Assembly (NCBI GenBank): GCA_002344125.1 | Contig: DDTQ01000011.1 | Coordinates: forward strand, 1,052,463-1,116,462 | Direction of reading: 5' to 3' | DNA length: 64,000 nucleotides | Source: Ignavibacteria bacterium UBA2360 | Lineage (GTDB): Bacteria > Bacteroidota > Ignavibacteria > Tepidaquicellales > OLB5 | Shown: positions 37,230-47,452 of the stretch, piece after piece | Position numbering within the stretch: the first letter of the stretch is position 1 | Layout: every line of letters begins with the position of its first letter | The notes under the pieces: model-generated | Told to the model about the DNA's origin: nothing | Seen by the model: only the letters and a program-made list of their open reading frames with translations | Database searches by the model: none | Translations under genes and position numbers: made by a program

Positions 37230-39548
37230 ATGAAAAGACTATCCGGCCTTCTATATATACTTTTTGCTATCATCACACTTCAGTATCTGACAGGATGCGG
37301 TGGTTCTGATATAGAAGAAGAAGATTCAGCAGATAAAAAGAAAAAAAAGGATTCTGTTAGCGTTTACACTGCTCTTGAAAGCGCAAGGATACATTATACC
37401 AAGGCGCTGCAGTTCAATGAACAGGCTGATCCAAAATCCACAGAGGTGGAGTTTGAAGGAGCCTTGAAGGAACTCAACAAGATAGATATAAAGAATCTTG
37501 AAAAGCACCCCGGATGGGATAAAGATTACAAAGAACTTGCGTCCAGTATTGTACAGGATTATATTACTACGCACAGCGATATTGATGAGAATCACAAGAT
37601 ACTGAAGCTGGCTTCAAAGCTTGGAATAAAATATGAAAAGGTTGAGAAAAAATCTTTCACAAACTCCTTTAACCCTGATGAACTTCCGCAGTGCAATGAT
37701 ATTCCGCTTGTTGAAAACGGTCCTGTGCAGGATTACATAAATTACTTTACCGGTACAGGCAGAAAATATATGGATAAATGGTTTTTCAGGCTTGGGAAAT
37801 ATTCCAACCTGATGAGATCAATTCTGCGCGAAAACAACGCACCCGAGGAGCTTATTTATCTCGCAATGATCGAATCAGGGCTTGACCCGAAAATCAGTTC
37901 CTGGGCGGGCGCGATCGGTTTATGGCAATTTATGCCCACAACAGGCTCTGCCTATGGTTTATACTACGATGGAAACCACGATGATAAACGCGACCCCGAA
38001 AAAGCTACTGATGCCGCGGCAAGGCATTTGAAGGATCTGTATAAATCATTTGGTGACTGGTATCTCGCAATGGCTTCATACAACGCGGGACCCGGCAGAA
38101 TTACAGGCGCGATCAAAAAATCCGGTTCAACTGATTTCTGGACACTTCGCGAATACCTGCCCAAGGAAACAAGGAACTACGTTCCGCAGTATATTGCTGT
38201 TGCGCTTATTTGCCTCAATCCTTCCAAGTACGGCTTCAATGATATTGAATGGGGAAAACCAATTGAGTATGACAGGGTTGTTATCAAATCCGCGCTTACA
38301 GTAGATGAAATTGCTTCTTTCAGCGGCTCTGATGTTGAAACTATTCGTGAACTCAATTCACAGATGATTACCGATGTTACGCCTGTATTTGAGGATGGGT
38401 ACCTTATTAAAATTCCCAAAGGGAAGTTCAAGGATTTTACTGCTAACTATGAAGCCGCATCTCATATAGAAAAGTACGGATTCAAACCTGAATATGACGG
38501 CAACGAGGGCACCGCTTCTGTTAATCACGAAGAAACTGTTTCTTATTTTAAAGTTGCAGGTTATAACGTAGAAGATAAAAGACTCATTATCAGCACTACA
38601 AACCGTGAGCTGGTTTTTCATAATATCGCTGAATCAGAAGATCTCTATAACGTGTCATCAAAATATTCCGTTCGCCCAACTGATCTAAGGGTGTGGAATA
38701 ATATCAATTATGGATTATACCCCAAAAAGGGTGATAAACTCTCTGTTTGGCTCACCAAAGAGAAATACAGGGAGCTATATGGTTCAGTTGAAGAAGAAAA
38801 GAAAATTGATGTAACCGATAATTCCACAACTGATCCCGTTAAAGATGAAGTAGTTGAAGAATCAAATTCCGAAGGAACCAATCAAACTGTACTGGTTAAC
38901 AAAGAACACAGAAACGATAAAGAGGTTAAAAAAGAGACCGAAGTAAAAAAAGAAACTGAAGTAAAGAAAGATGTTGAAGTAAAAAAAGAGACGGAAGTAA
39001 AAAAAGAAAAAAAAACAAGCACAGATACAAAAAAGAAGAAACAAAGTTACCAGACCTACACAGTTAAAGATGGTGATAACCTCACAGCCATTGCTGCTTC
39101 ATATGATGTTGATGTAGCAGACGTGAAAGATTGGAACGATCTGGAATCAGATAAAATAATGGTTGGCCAGAAGCTGAAAATTTATTCAGATAAAAAAGTA
39201 ACTTCTTCAAGCAAAAAGGCTAAAACATATACGGTGAAAGCCGGTGATAACCTCACAAAAATTGCTGATGCAAATGGTGTTTCTGTGGCTGATATAAAAG
39301 AATGGAACGGGCTTGATAGCGATGTAATTCAGGAAGGACAGGTTTTAAAACTGTATTCCACAAAAGAGACCACAAAAAAAGAGAAAAAAGAAACCAAATC
39401 CAAAACCACTTATCACACCGTTAAAAAAGGTGAAACCCTGGGCAAGTTAGCCGATAAATATAACTGCTCAATAGCTGATCTGAAAAAATGGAATAACCTG
39501 AAAAAGGATACCATCGAAATAGGGCAGAAGCTGATTGTGAAAAAGTAA
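37230..39548 (+). CDS. MltD-like lytic transglycosylase lipoprotein with an SLT domain, a KE-rich linker and three LysM domains
   Basis: Lipobox LTGCGG; SLT motif AMIESGLDP...[10 protein letters not shown]; three YTVK.GDNL..IA......V.D...WN.L LysM repeats. Confidence 0.85.
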   Translation: MKRLSGLLYILFAIITLQYLTGCGGSDIEEEDSADKKKKKDSVSVYTALESARIHYTKALQFNEQADPKSTEVEFEGALKELNKIDIKNLEKHPGWDKDYKELASSIVQDYITTHSDIDENHKILKLASKLGIKYEKVEKKSFTNSFNPDELPQCNDIPLVENGPVQDYINYFTGTGRKYMDKWFFRLGKYSNLMRSILRENNAPEELIYLAMIESGLDPKISSWAGAIGLWQFMPTTGSAYGLYYDGNHDDKRDPEKATDAAARHLKDLYKSFGDWYLAMASYNAGPGRITGAIKKSGSTDFWTLREYLPKETRNYVPQYIAVALICLNPSKYGFNDIEWGKPIEYDRVVIKSALTVDEIASFSGSDVETIRELNSQMITDVTPVFEDGYLIKIPKGKFKDFTANYEAASHIEKYGFKPEYDGNEGTASVNHEETVSYFKVAGYNVEDKRLIISTTNRELVFHNIAESEDLYNVSSKYSVRPTDLRVWNNINYGLYPKKGDKLSVWLTKEKYRELYGSVEEEKKIDVTDNSTTDPVKDEVVEESNSEGTNQTVLVNKEHRNDKEVKKETEVKKETEVKKDVEVKKETEVKKEKKTSTDTKKKKQSYQTYTVKDGDNLTAIAASYDVDVADVKDWNDLESDKIMVGQKLKIYSDKKVTSSSKKAKTYTVKAGDNLTKIADANGVSVADIKEWNGLDSDVIQEGQVLKLYSTKETTKKEKKETKSKTTYHTVKKGETLGKLADKYNCSIADLKKWNNLKKDTIEIGQKLIVKK
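38922..39011 (+). repeat. 5 x 18-bp in-frame tandem repeat (E-V-K-K-E-T linker)
   Basis: GAAGTAAAAAAAGAGACC-like units encoding ...[30 protein letters not shown].... Confidence 0.85.
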
Positions 39549-39551
39549 AAC

Positions 39552-39572
39552 GTGAAACGTCAAAAGTGAAAC
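39552..39572. repeat. 3 x 7-bp GT(G/C)AAA(C/A) array starting 4 nt after a stop codon
   Basis: GTGAAAC GTCAAAA GTGAAAC, the same unit as at 19547-19609. Confidence 0.8.
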
Positions 39573-39585
39573 GAATTTTTTAATA

Positions 39586-39620
39586 ACAAAGGGCGGGTAA
39601 TTACCTGCCCTTTGTTTTTC
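39586..39620 (+). terminator. Rho-independent terminator after the MltD-like gene
   Basis: ACAAAGGGCGGGTAA/TTACCTGCCCTTTGT palindrome followed by TTTT. Confidence 0.7.
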
Positions 39621-39636
39621 CAAAATAAAAATTATA

Positions 39637-40158
39637 ATGAATAACATTGTACTGAAAATTGCATCGGTTGATGATGCGGATGAAATTAACAGGCTTGTAA
39701 ATTCCGTTTACCGCGGCGAGAATTCCAAAAAAGGGTGGACAACCGAAGCGGAATTCCTTGGCGGTATCAGGATAACCGAGGAGAAGATCAGGGAAATTAT
39801 TGAGCGCCGCAGTGATATAGTGATACTCTCTGTAGATGGTGATAATATCATCGGCTGCGTTCACCTGGAAAATACAGGTTCGTATTCCTACCTTGGTATG
39901 CTTTCAGTGGATGTAAACTACCAGGATAAAGGTATCGGCAAATTGCTTATAAATGAATGCGAACGGTACACCAAAGAAGTATGGAAGCTTGATACTATAA
40001 AAATGAAGGTAATTAACCGAAGAGTTGAATTGATGGAATACTATTACCGCCGCGGCTATAAAACTACGGGTGAGATCGAAGAATTCATTTCCGGGGCGGA
40101 TACATTCGGTGACCCGACAGAGAAATTGTACTTTGAAACACTTGGCAAAGGACTTTAG
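39637..40158 (+). CDS. GNAT acetyltransferase
   Basis: Acetyl-CoA motif ...YQDKGIGKLLI.ECE....; 173 aa. Confidence 0.8.
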   Translation: MNNIVLKIASVDDADEINRLVNSVYRGENSKKGWTTEAEFLGGIRITEEKIREIIERRSDIVILSVDGDNIIGCVHLENTGSYSYLGMLSVDVNYQDKGIGKLLINECERYTKEVWKLDTIKMKVINRRVELMEYYYRRGYKTTGEIEEFISGADTFGDPTEKLYFETLGKGL

Positions 40159-40332
40159 GCGCAAAAGAAGCTACTTCCTGTAGCCGGAATCGCCGATCAG
40201 GGTTAAGCCGAAACAGCTTCAGGCTTACATTTCATATCTGCCATTAACAGGTATTTTTATTTAATTGAATATAAGACCCAAAATTGGTATTATTGGTAAC
40301 TAATCTAATAAAAAATTAACATATTTTAGCCC

Positions 40333-41472
40333 ATGAAAAAGTTATTTTTCAGTATGATAGCCATTGCGGCAATTGCGGTTTTTTCAGTTTCAGGATGCAA
40401 TAAAGGAAGCGGAGATGAGATCTTAATTGGTGAATACGGCTCATTAACAGGACCCAATGCAACGTTCGGGATTTCTTCTACAAACGGATTAAAACTCGCA
40501 GTAGAAGAGCTTAATAATTCCGGTGGATTGCTTGGTAAGAAAGTTAAACTTATCACATACGATGACCAGGGCAAACCATCAGAGGCACAAACAGTTGTGC
40601 AGCGCTTAATTAAAAATGATAACGTAGTTGCAGTTATTGGCGAAGTTGCTTCATCAAACAGCAAAGCGGGCGCGCCTATTTGCCAGCAGAACAAAATTCC
40701 AATGATAACTCCAGCTTCAACTAATCCTGAAGTTACCGCCATTGGAGATTATATTTTCAGGGTTTGCTTCATTGATCCTTTCCAGGCGACCGTGGTAAGT
40801 AAATTCATACTGAATACGCTTAAGCTGAAAAAAGTAGCTTTGCTTAAGGATGTGAAGAACGCTTACTCAACCGGGCTTGCTGATTTCTTTGAAAAGGAAT
40901 TCAGGAATATGGGCGGAGAAATTGTTGAAGTCCAGTCCTTTTCAGCGGGTGATAAAGATTTTAAAGCACAGCTTACATCAATAAAAGCCAAGAATCCGGA
41001 AGCGATCTTTATACCTGCTTATTATACAGATGTAAACCTGATCTCAATCCAGGCCCGTGAAATAGGCTTAACAGTTCCGCTTATCGGAAGTGACGGATGG
41101 GAATCAGAGAAGCTGACCGAAGGAAAAGCTAAAGACGCTCTTGAAGGCTGCTATTTTTCAACACATGTATCCACAGAAAATCCAGATCCCAAGATACAGG
41201 AATTCATTACAAAGTATAAAGCTAAGTATAATTCAACCCCGGATGCTATGGCATTTCTTGCTTACGATGCGGGCTTGATATTATTCGAAGCAATGAAAAA
41301 AGCCGGAACAACTGAACCTGAAAAAGTAAAAAATGAACTCGCTAAGATAAAGGATTTCCTTGGTGTTACAGGTAAGATATCTATTAACGAACAGCGCAAT
41401 GCTGTGAAACCTGCGGTAATACTTGAAATAAAAGGCGGAGAATTTAAATTTAAGGAAACAGTACAGCCGTAA
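40333..41472 (+). CDS. Branched-chain amino-acid ABC transporter substrate-binding lipoprotein (LivK/LivJ-like)
   Basis: Lipobox VSGCNK and a type-I periplasmic binding fold (…IGEYGSLTGPNATFG…, …GEVASSNS…). Confidence 0.85.
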   Translation: MKKLFFSMIAIAAIAVFSVSGCNKGSGDEILIGEYGSLTGPNATFGISSTNGLKLAVEELNNSGGLLGKKVKLITYDDQGKPSEAQTVVQRLIKNDNVVAVIGEVASSNSKAGAPICQQNKIPMITPASTNPEVTAIGDYIFRVCFIDPFQATVVSKFILNTLKLKKVALLKDVKNAYSTGLADFFEKEFRNMGGEIVEVQSFSAGDKDFKAQLTSIKAKNPEAIFIPAYYTDVNLISIQAREIGLTVPLIGSDGWESEKLTEGKAKDALEGCYFSTHVSTENPDPKIQEFITKYKAKYNSTPDAMAFLAYDAGLILFEAMKKAGTTEPEKVKNELAKIKDFLGVTGKISINEQRNAVKPAVILEIKGGEFKFKETVQP

Positions 41473-41473
41473 A

Positions 41474-42385
41474 ATGACAGAATTAATACAGCAGGTTTTT
41501 AACGGTCTATCACTGGGGAGTATTTATGCTCTTATTGCGCTTGGTTATACTATGATCTATGGTATCCTTCGGTTTATCAACTTTGCCCACGGTGATGTAT
41601 TTATGATCGGCGCATTTTCAGGGTATTACCTTGGGATCGTTTTTGCTTTCGCTTCCGTTACAGGTGTGGCTTCAATAGGGATGGCATTGTTGATTATGCT
41701 GGGCGCAATGGTTGTTACCGGTACTTTGGGTTTTACAGTTGAAAAACTTGTGTATAAGCCGCTCAGGAAATCACCCAAACTTACAATACTCATTACGGCA
41801 ATCGGGGTTTCATTGTTTTTAGAGTATGGCGGACAGCTGGTGTTTGGCGCTGACCCCAAGTCATTCCCTTCATTGCTTGAAAATAAACCTGTTGTGAATA
41901 TTGCCGGCGCTGTAATAGGCTCAAACCCTCTGGTTGTGCTGGTAACAGCAGGAATACTTATGGTTGGCTTAAGGCTTATAGTTATGAAAACAAAGATCGG
42001 TACTGCAATGCGTGCTGTTTCTTATAACCCTACCGCTGCCAGTTTAATGGGAATCAATATTAACGCTGTGATCAGTTTTACGTTCATAATCGGCTCCTCG
42101 CTTGCGGGCGCTGCCGGTATTTTGTATGGTCTGAATTATCCCAGTATCGATCCGCTCATGGGCATTCTGCCCGGCTTAAAAGCCTTCGTAGCGGCAGTAC
42201 TTGGGGGAATAGGTAATATTCCGGGTGCCGCCTTAGGGGGAATGATCATAGGGCTGCTTGAAACTTTCGTTACCGGTTATATTTCACCCACTTACCGCGA
42301 TGCTATTGCATTTGGTATATTGATCTTAATTCTCCTTTTTAAACCAACCGGTTTATTGGGTAAAAAAGAAATAGAAAAGGTATAG
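41474..42385 (+). CDS. livH: Branched-chain amino-acid ABC transporter permease
   Basis: N-terminus ...Q.F.NGLSLGSIYALIALGYTMIYGILRFINFAHGD... is typical of LivH; 303 aa. Confidence 0.9.
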   Translation: MTELIQQVFNGLSLGSIYALIALGYTMIYGILRFINFAHGDVFMIGAFSGYYLGIVFAFASVTGVASIGMALLIMLGAMVVTGTLGFTVEKLVYKPLRKSPKLTILITAIGVSLFLEYGGQLVFGADPKSFPSLLENKPVVNIAGAVIGSNPLVVLVTAGILMVGLRLIVMKTKIGTAMRAVSYNPTAASLMGININAVISFTFIIGSSLAGAAGILYGLNYPSIDPLMGILPGLKAFVAAVLGGIGNIPGAALGGMIIGLLETFVTGYISPTYRDAIAFGILILILLFKPTGLLGKKEIEKV

Positions 42386-42398
42386 ATTTTGTTCATAG

Positions 42399-42464
42399 AT
42401 CACCGGATGACTTCGGGTCATCCGGTGATTAAGTCTGGAGTGAGTAAGTTCACTCCTTTTTTTT
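42399..42464 (+). terminator. 13-bp perfect hairpin followed by a canonical terminator
   Basis: ATCACCGGATGAC/GTCATCCGGTGAT at 42399-42429, then GGAGTGA-N6-TCACTCC plus T8 at 42437-42464. Confidence 0.75.
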
Positions 42465-42472
42465 GAAAAATT

Positions 42473-42886
42473 ATGAAGACAGAAAAAATAATCAGACAGG
42501 ATGTCCTGGAACGTATAAAAAAAATTCCAATTGTAGATACACTTGGGTTTGATTTCATACAAATAGATGGCGGTATCTGTGAAGCCGTTGTTAAACACCA
42601 AAAGCAATACGATGGAATTTACGAATCATTTCACGGGGGTTTACTAATGACCGTGGCTGACTCCATAAGCGCGTTCGCGCTGCTTACACTCACAGGCGCA
42701 GAAGCAAAGATCACAACCACCGATATGAATATCCGTTTCCTTGCGGCCTGCAGAACAGATGTACGCGCATTTGCAAAAGTAATTAAACATGGCAGAACGC
42801 TTGCCCCCGTTGCTGTTGATCTGTATGATATGAATAATATTCATGTAGCAGTTGCGCAGGTGAATTATATTATACTTAACAAATAA
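42473..42886 (+). CDS. PaaI-family hotdog-fold thioesterase
   Basis: ...HGG....ADS..... core followed by ...GR.LA...... of PaaI/YbgC-type thioesterases; 137 aa. Confidence 0.75.
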   Translation: MKTEKIIRQDVLERIKKIPIVDTLGFDFIQIDGGICEAVVKHQKQYDGIYESFHGGLLMTVADSISAFALLTLTGAEAKITTTDMNIRFLAACRTDVRAFAKVIKHGRTLAPVAVDLYDMNNIHVAVAQVNYIILNK

Positions 42887-42995
42887 TACCTCACCGGATG
42901 ACTTCAATTTGGACTGCCCCTGCGGTTTATCCGATGAATTGCGTAAAATAAAATCATTTAGCTCCCGTCTGAAGTAATACTAACTACTCATTTTT

Positions 42996-44144
42996 TTGAA
43001 AAAATCTCAATTTGCGGTATTCTTAACCATAGTTTTAAGTGTATATACACTGGTTAATTATTACATTTTTATAACTGGTCTGCATTCTATTCCGGATAAA
43101 TTCACTTTTCTATATTCCTCAGTTTACCTGTTCTTTTTTCTTTCTTATATTGCAGGCAGATTCCTTGAGCGGAAATTCCTGAATTCCTTTTCAGCATTTT
43201 TTGTTTGGGTAGGTTCTTTCTGGCTTGGGGCGATGGTGTATTATTTGCTCTTTGTAGTATTAATAGATATTGTAAGACTGTTTAATTTGCTGCTAGGAAT
43301 TTTTCCTGCATCCTTTTATTCGGCTAACTGCCAGTTAATGTTCTTCTTTGCTGTGAATGCATCGGTTATCCTGATCGTAATCGCAGGTTACATAAACGCA
43401 GCAAGCCCGGTTATTAAAAAGCTGAATATTAATATCAATAAAAAAGCAGGTAATCTCAGATCGCTTAAAATAGTTATGGCTTCTGATATTCACCTGGGCA
43501 CAATTGTGAACAGTAAAAGGACAAAGAAGATTGTTGAATTGATAAACTCTCAGGAGCCCGATCTGATTTTGCTGCCGGGTGATGTTGTTGATGAAGATAT
43601 TGAAGCGGTGGTAAAACAAAATTGCGGTGAAAGCCTTCGCGCGTTAAGAGCTAAGTTTGGTGCCTACGCTGTTACAGGCAATCATGAATATATTGGCGGC
43701 GTTGAGCCATCTGTTTCATATCTTACTGAACACGGAATAATTGAGCTGAGGGATAAGACAGTAAAAATAGCTGATTCATTTTACATAGTTGGCAGGGAAG
43801 ACAGAGCTTCTAAAGGATTTGCGGGAATTCTCAGAAAGCCTTTGGATCTGCTGCTCGAGGGTATTGATAAAGAACTGCCGGTAATACTAATGGATCACCA
43901 GCCGGTAAAACTGGAAGAAGCTGAAAAGAACGGTATAGATCTTCAGCTAAGCGGTCACACCCACCACGGGCAGTTGTGGCCGTTCAATTTCATTACCAAA
44001 AAGATCTACGAAGTAAGCATGGGATATAAACAAAAAGGCAGTACGCATTATTATGTAAGCTGCGGAGTTGGCTCCTGGGGTCCGCCTATCAGAACCGGAA
44101 ACAGACCCGAAATTGTTGTTATAAACCTGAACTTCAGCGGTTAA
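42996..44144 (+). CDS. Membrane-anchored metallophosphoesterase (YkuE-like)
   Basis: Four N-terminal TM segments, then SDIHLG, GDVVDE, GNHE and GHTHHGQ phosphoesterase motifs. TTG start. Confidence 0.8.
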   Translation: MKKSQFAVFLTIVLSVYTLVNYYIFITGLHSIPDKFTFLYSSVYLFFFLSYIAGRFLERKFLNSFSAFFVWVGSFWLGAMVYYLLFVVLIDIVRLFNLLLGIFPASFYSANCQLMFFFAVNASVILIVIAGYINAASPVIKKLNININKKAGNLRSLKIVMASDIHLGTIVNSKRTKKIVELINSQEPDLILLPGDVVDEDIEAVVKQNCGESLRALRAKFGAYAVTGNHEYIGGVEPSVSYLTEHGIIELRDKTVKIADSFYIVGREDRASKGFAGILRKPLDLLLEGIDKELPVILMDHQPVKLEEAEKNGIDLQLSGHTHHGQLWPFNFITKKIYEVSMGYKQKGSTHYYVSCGVGSWGPPIRTGNRPEIVVINLNFSG

Positions 44145-44602
44145 AACCTGAACCAGGGCCTGATTGAAAATGGAGAAATCGGCCATGGGATCATTAACAG
44201 CAGCAAAACCAGAGCAATTGTGAACCACAAAGCTAAAGCTTTGAATTTTGCGCGGTCGGTTTCTTTCTTTTTTGAAGCAGCCGAACCGATTGTTATAAGC
44301 ACAATTGCAATCACCATAACAATAGAGTGCTCCATTCCGTAAAAGCGCATTTCTCTTACTTTTACAGCTGCGCCAAAATTACTCATGAAGTATTGGGTCA
44401 GCGGACTCAGGAAGTAAACTGCCAGGCCAATGAGAAGTTGTATATGCGCTGCAATTACAGTGTACTTCCTGGTATTCGCATCAACTGCTGTAAACTTTTT
44501 GTTGCCCCCCAACCCTGCATAAGCGCGGTATAATGTGTAAACCACGCCTATAACAACCAGCCAGCGGAAAATAGAATGAGCAGAAAGAAGTGTTATGTAC
44601 AT
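44141..44602 (-). CDS. Small membrane protein (4 TM), function unknown
   Basis: Hydrophobicity pattern only. Its stop overlaps the convergent gene by 4 nt. Confidence 0.5.
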   Translation of the reverse strand: MYITLLSAHSIFRWLVVIGVVYTLYRAYAGLGGNKKFTAVDANTRKYTVIAAHIQLLIGLAVYFLSPLTQYFMSNFGAAVKVREMRFYGMEHSIVMVIAIVLITIGSAASKKKETDRAKFKALALWFTIALVLLLLMIPWPISPFSIRPWFRF

Positions 44603-44644
44603 ATAGACTAATTGTTAAATTTTTTTTCTAAAGTTTTTTTTGAA

Positions 44645-45172
44645 TCAAGCTAAATTATTCTTACCGGCTATTGCTGTGTTTGCTATTTTATCGTAAAAAC
44701 TGCTTTCGCCCTTATAATATATTATGCTTGTTAAGTAAAATATGTAAACCCCCTGTGGCAATAACAATAATAACCAGATCCATATAGGAATTTCAGTACC
44801 AGTATTAGTATAATTGAATGACCATATAACGCCTATGTTTGATATCTCCCAAGGTAAGAATTTTATGAAATTCCTCATGAATATTTTTCGTTTTTGAAAG
44901 GGTTGATTAGATATAACACGAATTCCAAATATTTTTTTTCCAGGTGTCCCGTTCCATTTGCTGGTTTCAAAAAGGAAAAAATACATAAATACCGGAAGAG
45001 TCATGGTCGTAAATGTGATCAATTGATTTAGCAAGTGATTATCTTGTAAGTATGAAAATGAATCCGTTCCCAGAAAAAGCCAGGCTAACAGAAAAAGCAA
45101 TACGGCGTATAAAATTATCAGGAAGTAATCAACAACAAATGCCAGGAGCCGATGAGCTGTTAATGCAGTCAT
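44645..45172 (-). CDS. RDD-family membrane protein
   Basis: N-terminal ...RLLAFVVDYFLI... and ...PGKK.FGIRV... are typical of the RDD domain. Confidence 0.65.
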   Translation of the reverse strand: MTALTAHRLLAFVVDYFLIILYAVLLFLLAWLFLGTDSFSYLQDNHLLNQLITFTTMTLPVFMYFFLFETSKWNGTPGKKIFGIRVISNQPFQKRKIFMRNFIKFLPWEISNIGVIWSFNYTNTGTEIPIWIWLLLLLPQGVYIFYLTSIIYYKGESSFYDKIANTAIAGKNNLA

Positions 45173-45247
45173 TTCCAGAATTGAATTTTAGGCAAATTTT
45201 TAATAGCTAACTGTGATTTTTTCTGCATCTTTAATTGTTTGATGTTT

Positions 45248-45802
45248 TCAGTTTACACTTGGATTTTCGGGAAAACTTGCAAGTATAGCGAATTTTCTGC
45301 CCATTCCTTTTAGCGTTTCACGCCATAATTTGTCCGGTTCATCTGAAAAAATATTCTCAATTGTAGTATCCGATACAATCCATGAATTCAGTTTCAGTTC
45401 ATCTTCAATCTGGCCTTCTATCCAGCCGGAATAGCCCAGGAAAAACCGGAAATCAGAAGGCTCAACTGCTCCTGATGTTATCAGCGTTTTTAGAATATCA
45501 AAACTGCCGCCCCAGTATAAACCGGGAATAATTTCAATTGAACCCTCAATTACATTTTCACCTTTGTATAAGAACTGAAGTGTGTTAAACTGTACGGGTC
45601 CGCCGTAATACACTATGGAATCAAACTTAGGAAACTCTTCAATGACTTCATGTATTTTGTAATCAGTTGGTTTGTTCATAACAAAACCTATTGACCCGTC
45701 ATCACCGTGTTCTGTTAATAGTATTATTGTCCTTTTGAAATTGGGATCATTTAAAAAGGGCTCCGATATCAAAATTTTGCCTTTTGCAGGATTTGTGTTC
45801 AT
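45248..45802 (-). CDS. YqgE/AlgH-family protein (UPF0301)
   Basis: ...G.ILISEP.L.DPNF.RT.ILL.EH...GS.GFV.NKP... and ...GGPV... signature. Confidence 0.85.
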   Translation of the reverse strand: MNTNPAKGKILISEPFLNDPNFKRTIILLTEHGDDGSIGFVMNKPTDYKIHEVIEEFPKFDSIVYYGGPVQFNTLQFLYKGENVIEGSIEIIPGLYWGGSFDILKTLITSGAVEPSDFRFFLGYSGWIEGQIEDELKLNSWIVSDTTIENIFSDEPDKLWRETLKGMGRKFAILASFPENPSVN

Positions 45803-45974
45803 ATATCTGTTTTAGTTTTACAATATAATATGAAATCTGCGATTATAAAATAACGTATTTATCCGGTATAAATTCTGAAATTGAATTATTCACATTTTAT
45901 GTACACTTTTGCTTATCGCTTTTACTCACGCCGGGCTGTAAAACACTTACCCGGATCACTTAAGTTATTAAATA

Positions 45975-46442
45975 TTGAAGAACACTATTAATATCGATTT
46001 TTACCCTGCTCAGGCCGCAGATGTACCTGTGCTTCTGAAAATGATAAATAAATTATACCTGCAGGAAAATACCACGTTTGTTGAAAATGACGTGTTATGC
46101 GCTTTGCGCAAGCTCATAGATAATGAACAGTTCGGTAATGCTTGGGTCATAAATTATCAAGGGGCGCCGGCCGGGTATATGATTGTTGTCTCGGTATTCA
46201 GTGTTGAGTTTAAAGGTGAAACAGCTTTCCTTGATGAGTTATTTATTGAAGAAGAATTTCGCGGTAAAGGGCTAGGTGCTTTAGCAGTGGAATATGCTGA
46301 ACAATACGCTGCGCTGAAAGGATACAAAGCTCTCAGACTGGAAGTAGAGCATGCCAACCTCACCGCGCAAAAATTATACAGGAAGAAGGGCTTTTCCGCG
46401 CATGAACGGAATATAATGACAAAATGGATAACGGGAGAATAG
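45975..46442 (+). CDS. GNAT acetyltransferase
   Basis: ...FRGKGLGALAVEYAE... acetyl-CoA motif. TTG start. Confidence 0.75.
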   Translation: MKNTINIDFYPAQAADVPVLLKMINKLYLQENTTFVENDVLCALRKLIDNEQFGNAWVINYQGAPAGYMIVVSVFSVEFKGETAFLDELFIEEEFRGKGLGALAVEYAEQYAALKGYKALRLEVEHANLTAQKLYRKKGFSAHERNIMTKWITGE

Positions 46443-46975
46443 AAAAAAATAAAAAAATTAAAGTGGTGCCGCTTGCTGAAAGTGATCTTGAAAGATTGAT
46501 CGCATGGGCTGAAGATGAAAGAACAATGCTTGAGTGGTGCGGCCCGGTGTTTGATTTTCCTTTGACGATCGAACAATTGCAAAGCTATTTTGCAGAAACA
46601 AAGGGAAATGCGCCCAACAGGCTAATCTACAAAGCTGTTGATGAAAGTGGAAATGTGGCGGGAATGTGTGAACTTGGCGCAGTTTCACAAAAGAACGAAT
46701 CCGCCAGTTTGTGCCGTATATTTACCGATAAGAATTTCCGCGGAAAGGGGATAGCTAACCATTTGATCTCTGAAGTACTCTATATCGCTTTTGAGCAACT
46801 TGCTTTAACCAGGGTTGAGCTGAATGTATATACATTCAACTTACCTGCAATAAAATGCTATGAAAAACTTGGATTCAAAAGAGAAGGAATGCGCAGAAAA
46901 AGTACAAAATATAACAACGAATATTGGGATGGCTATATTTATTCCCTTCTGAAAGAGGAATGGAAAGCCGGCTAA
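46424..46975 (+). CDS. GNAT acetyltransferase (RimJ/L-like)
   Basis: ...FRGKGIANHLISEV... and ...V..N..AIK.YEKLGF..EG.... Confidence 0.8.
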   Translation: MDNGRIEKNKKIKVVPLAESDLERLIAWAEDERTMLEWCGPVFDFPLTIEQLQSYFAETKGNAPNRLIYKAVDESGNVAGMCELGAVSQKNESASLCRIFTDKNFRGKGIANHLISEVLYIAFEQLALTRVELNVYTFNLPAIKCYEKLGFKREGMRRKSTKYNNEYWDGYIYSLLKEEWKAG

Positions 46976-47451
46976 TTCTCTTCTTTTTTTATTGCTTCCA
47001 GAAGTCTCTCAATTAACGGAATCTGCGCGGCTTTTATTTTTTGCTTTGCCTCTTCAATAGAAAAGAACCCGACTTTATCTACTTCCGGAAATTCCCTGTA
47101 CTCCCCCGAGTTTGGCGGCCATTCTTCTTCAAAAAAATTGCATTCATGTATATAATTTGGAGGCAGGTCACTTTCAAAGCCCCAGGCGAAAACTTCTTTG
47201 CCGCCCTTTTGCAGAATTGAACCAAGCGGAATCAGGTTACCGGCCGGGTTTATACCGGTTTCTTCTTTAAATTCGCGCATTGCGGTAACAATAATATCTT
47301 CCTCAATTTCCGGTTCACCTTTTGGAATGCTCCAGTGCCCATCATCTTTTTTATGGAAATAAGGTCCACCCGGATGCGCTAAAAAAACTTCCGGTTTGCC
47401 TGCTTTAATTCTATACATCAATAATCCCGCGCTGATCCTCTTTTTTCCCAT
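46972..47451 (-). CDS. NUDIX hydrolase
   Basis: Nudix box GEPEIEEDIIVTAMREFKEETGI. Confidence 0.8.
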   Translation of the reverse strand: MGKKRISAGLLMYRIKAGKPEVFLAHPGGPYFHKKDDGHWSIPKGEPEIEEDIIVTAMREFKEETGINPAGNLIPLGSILQKGGKEVFAWGFESDLPPNYIHECNFFEEEWPPNSGEYREFPEVDKVGFFSIEEAKQKIKAAQIPLIERLLEAIKKEEN

Positions 47452-47452
47452 T

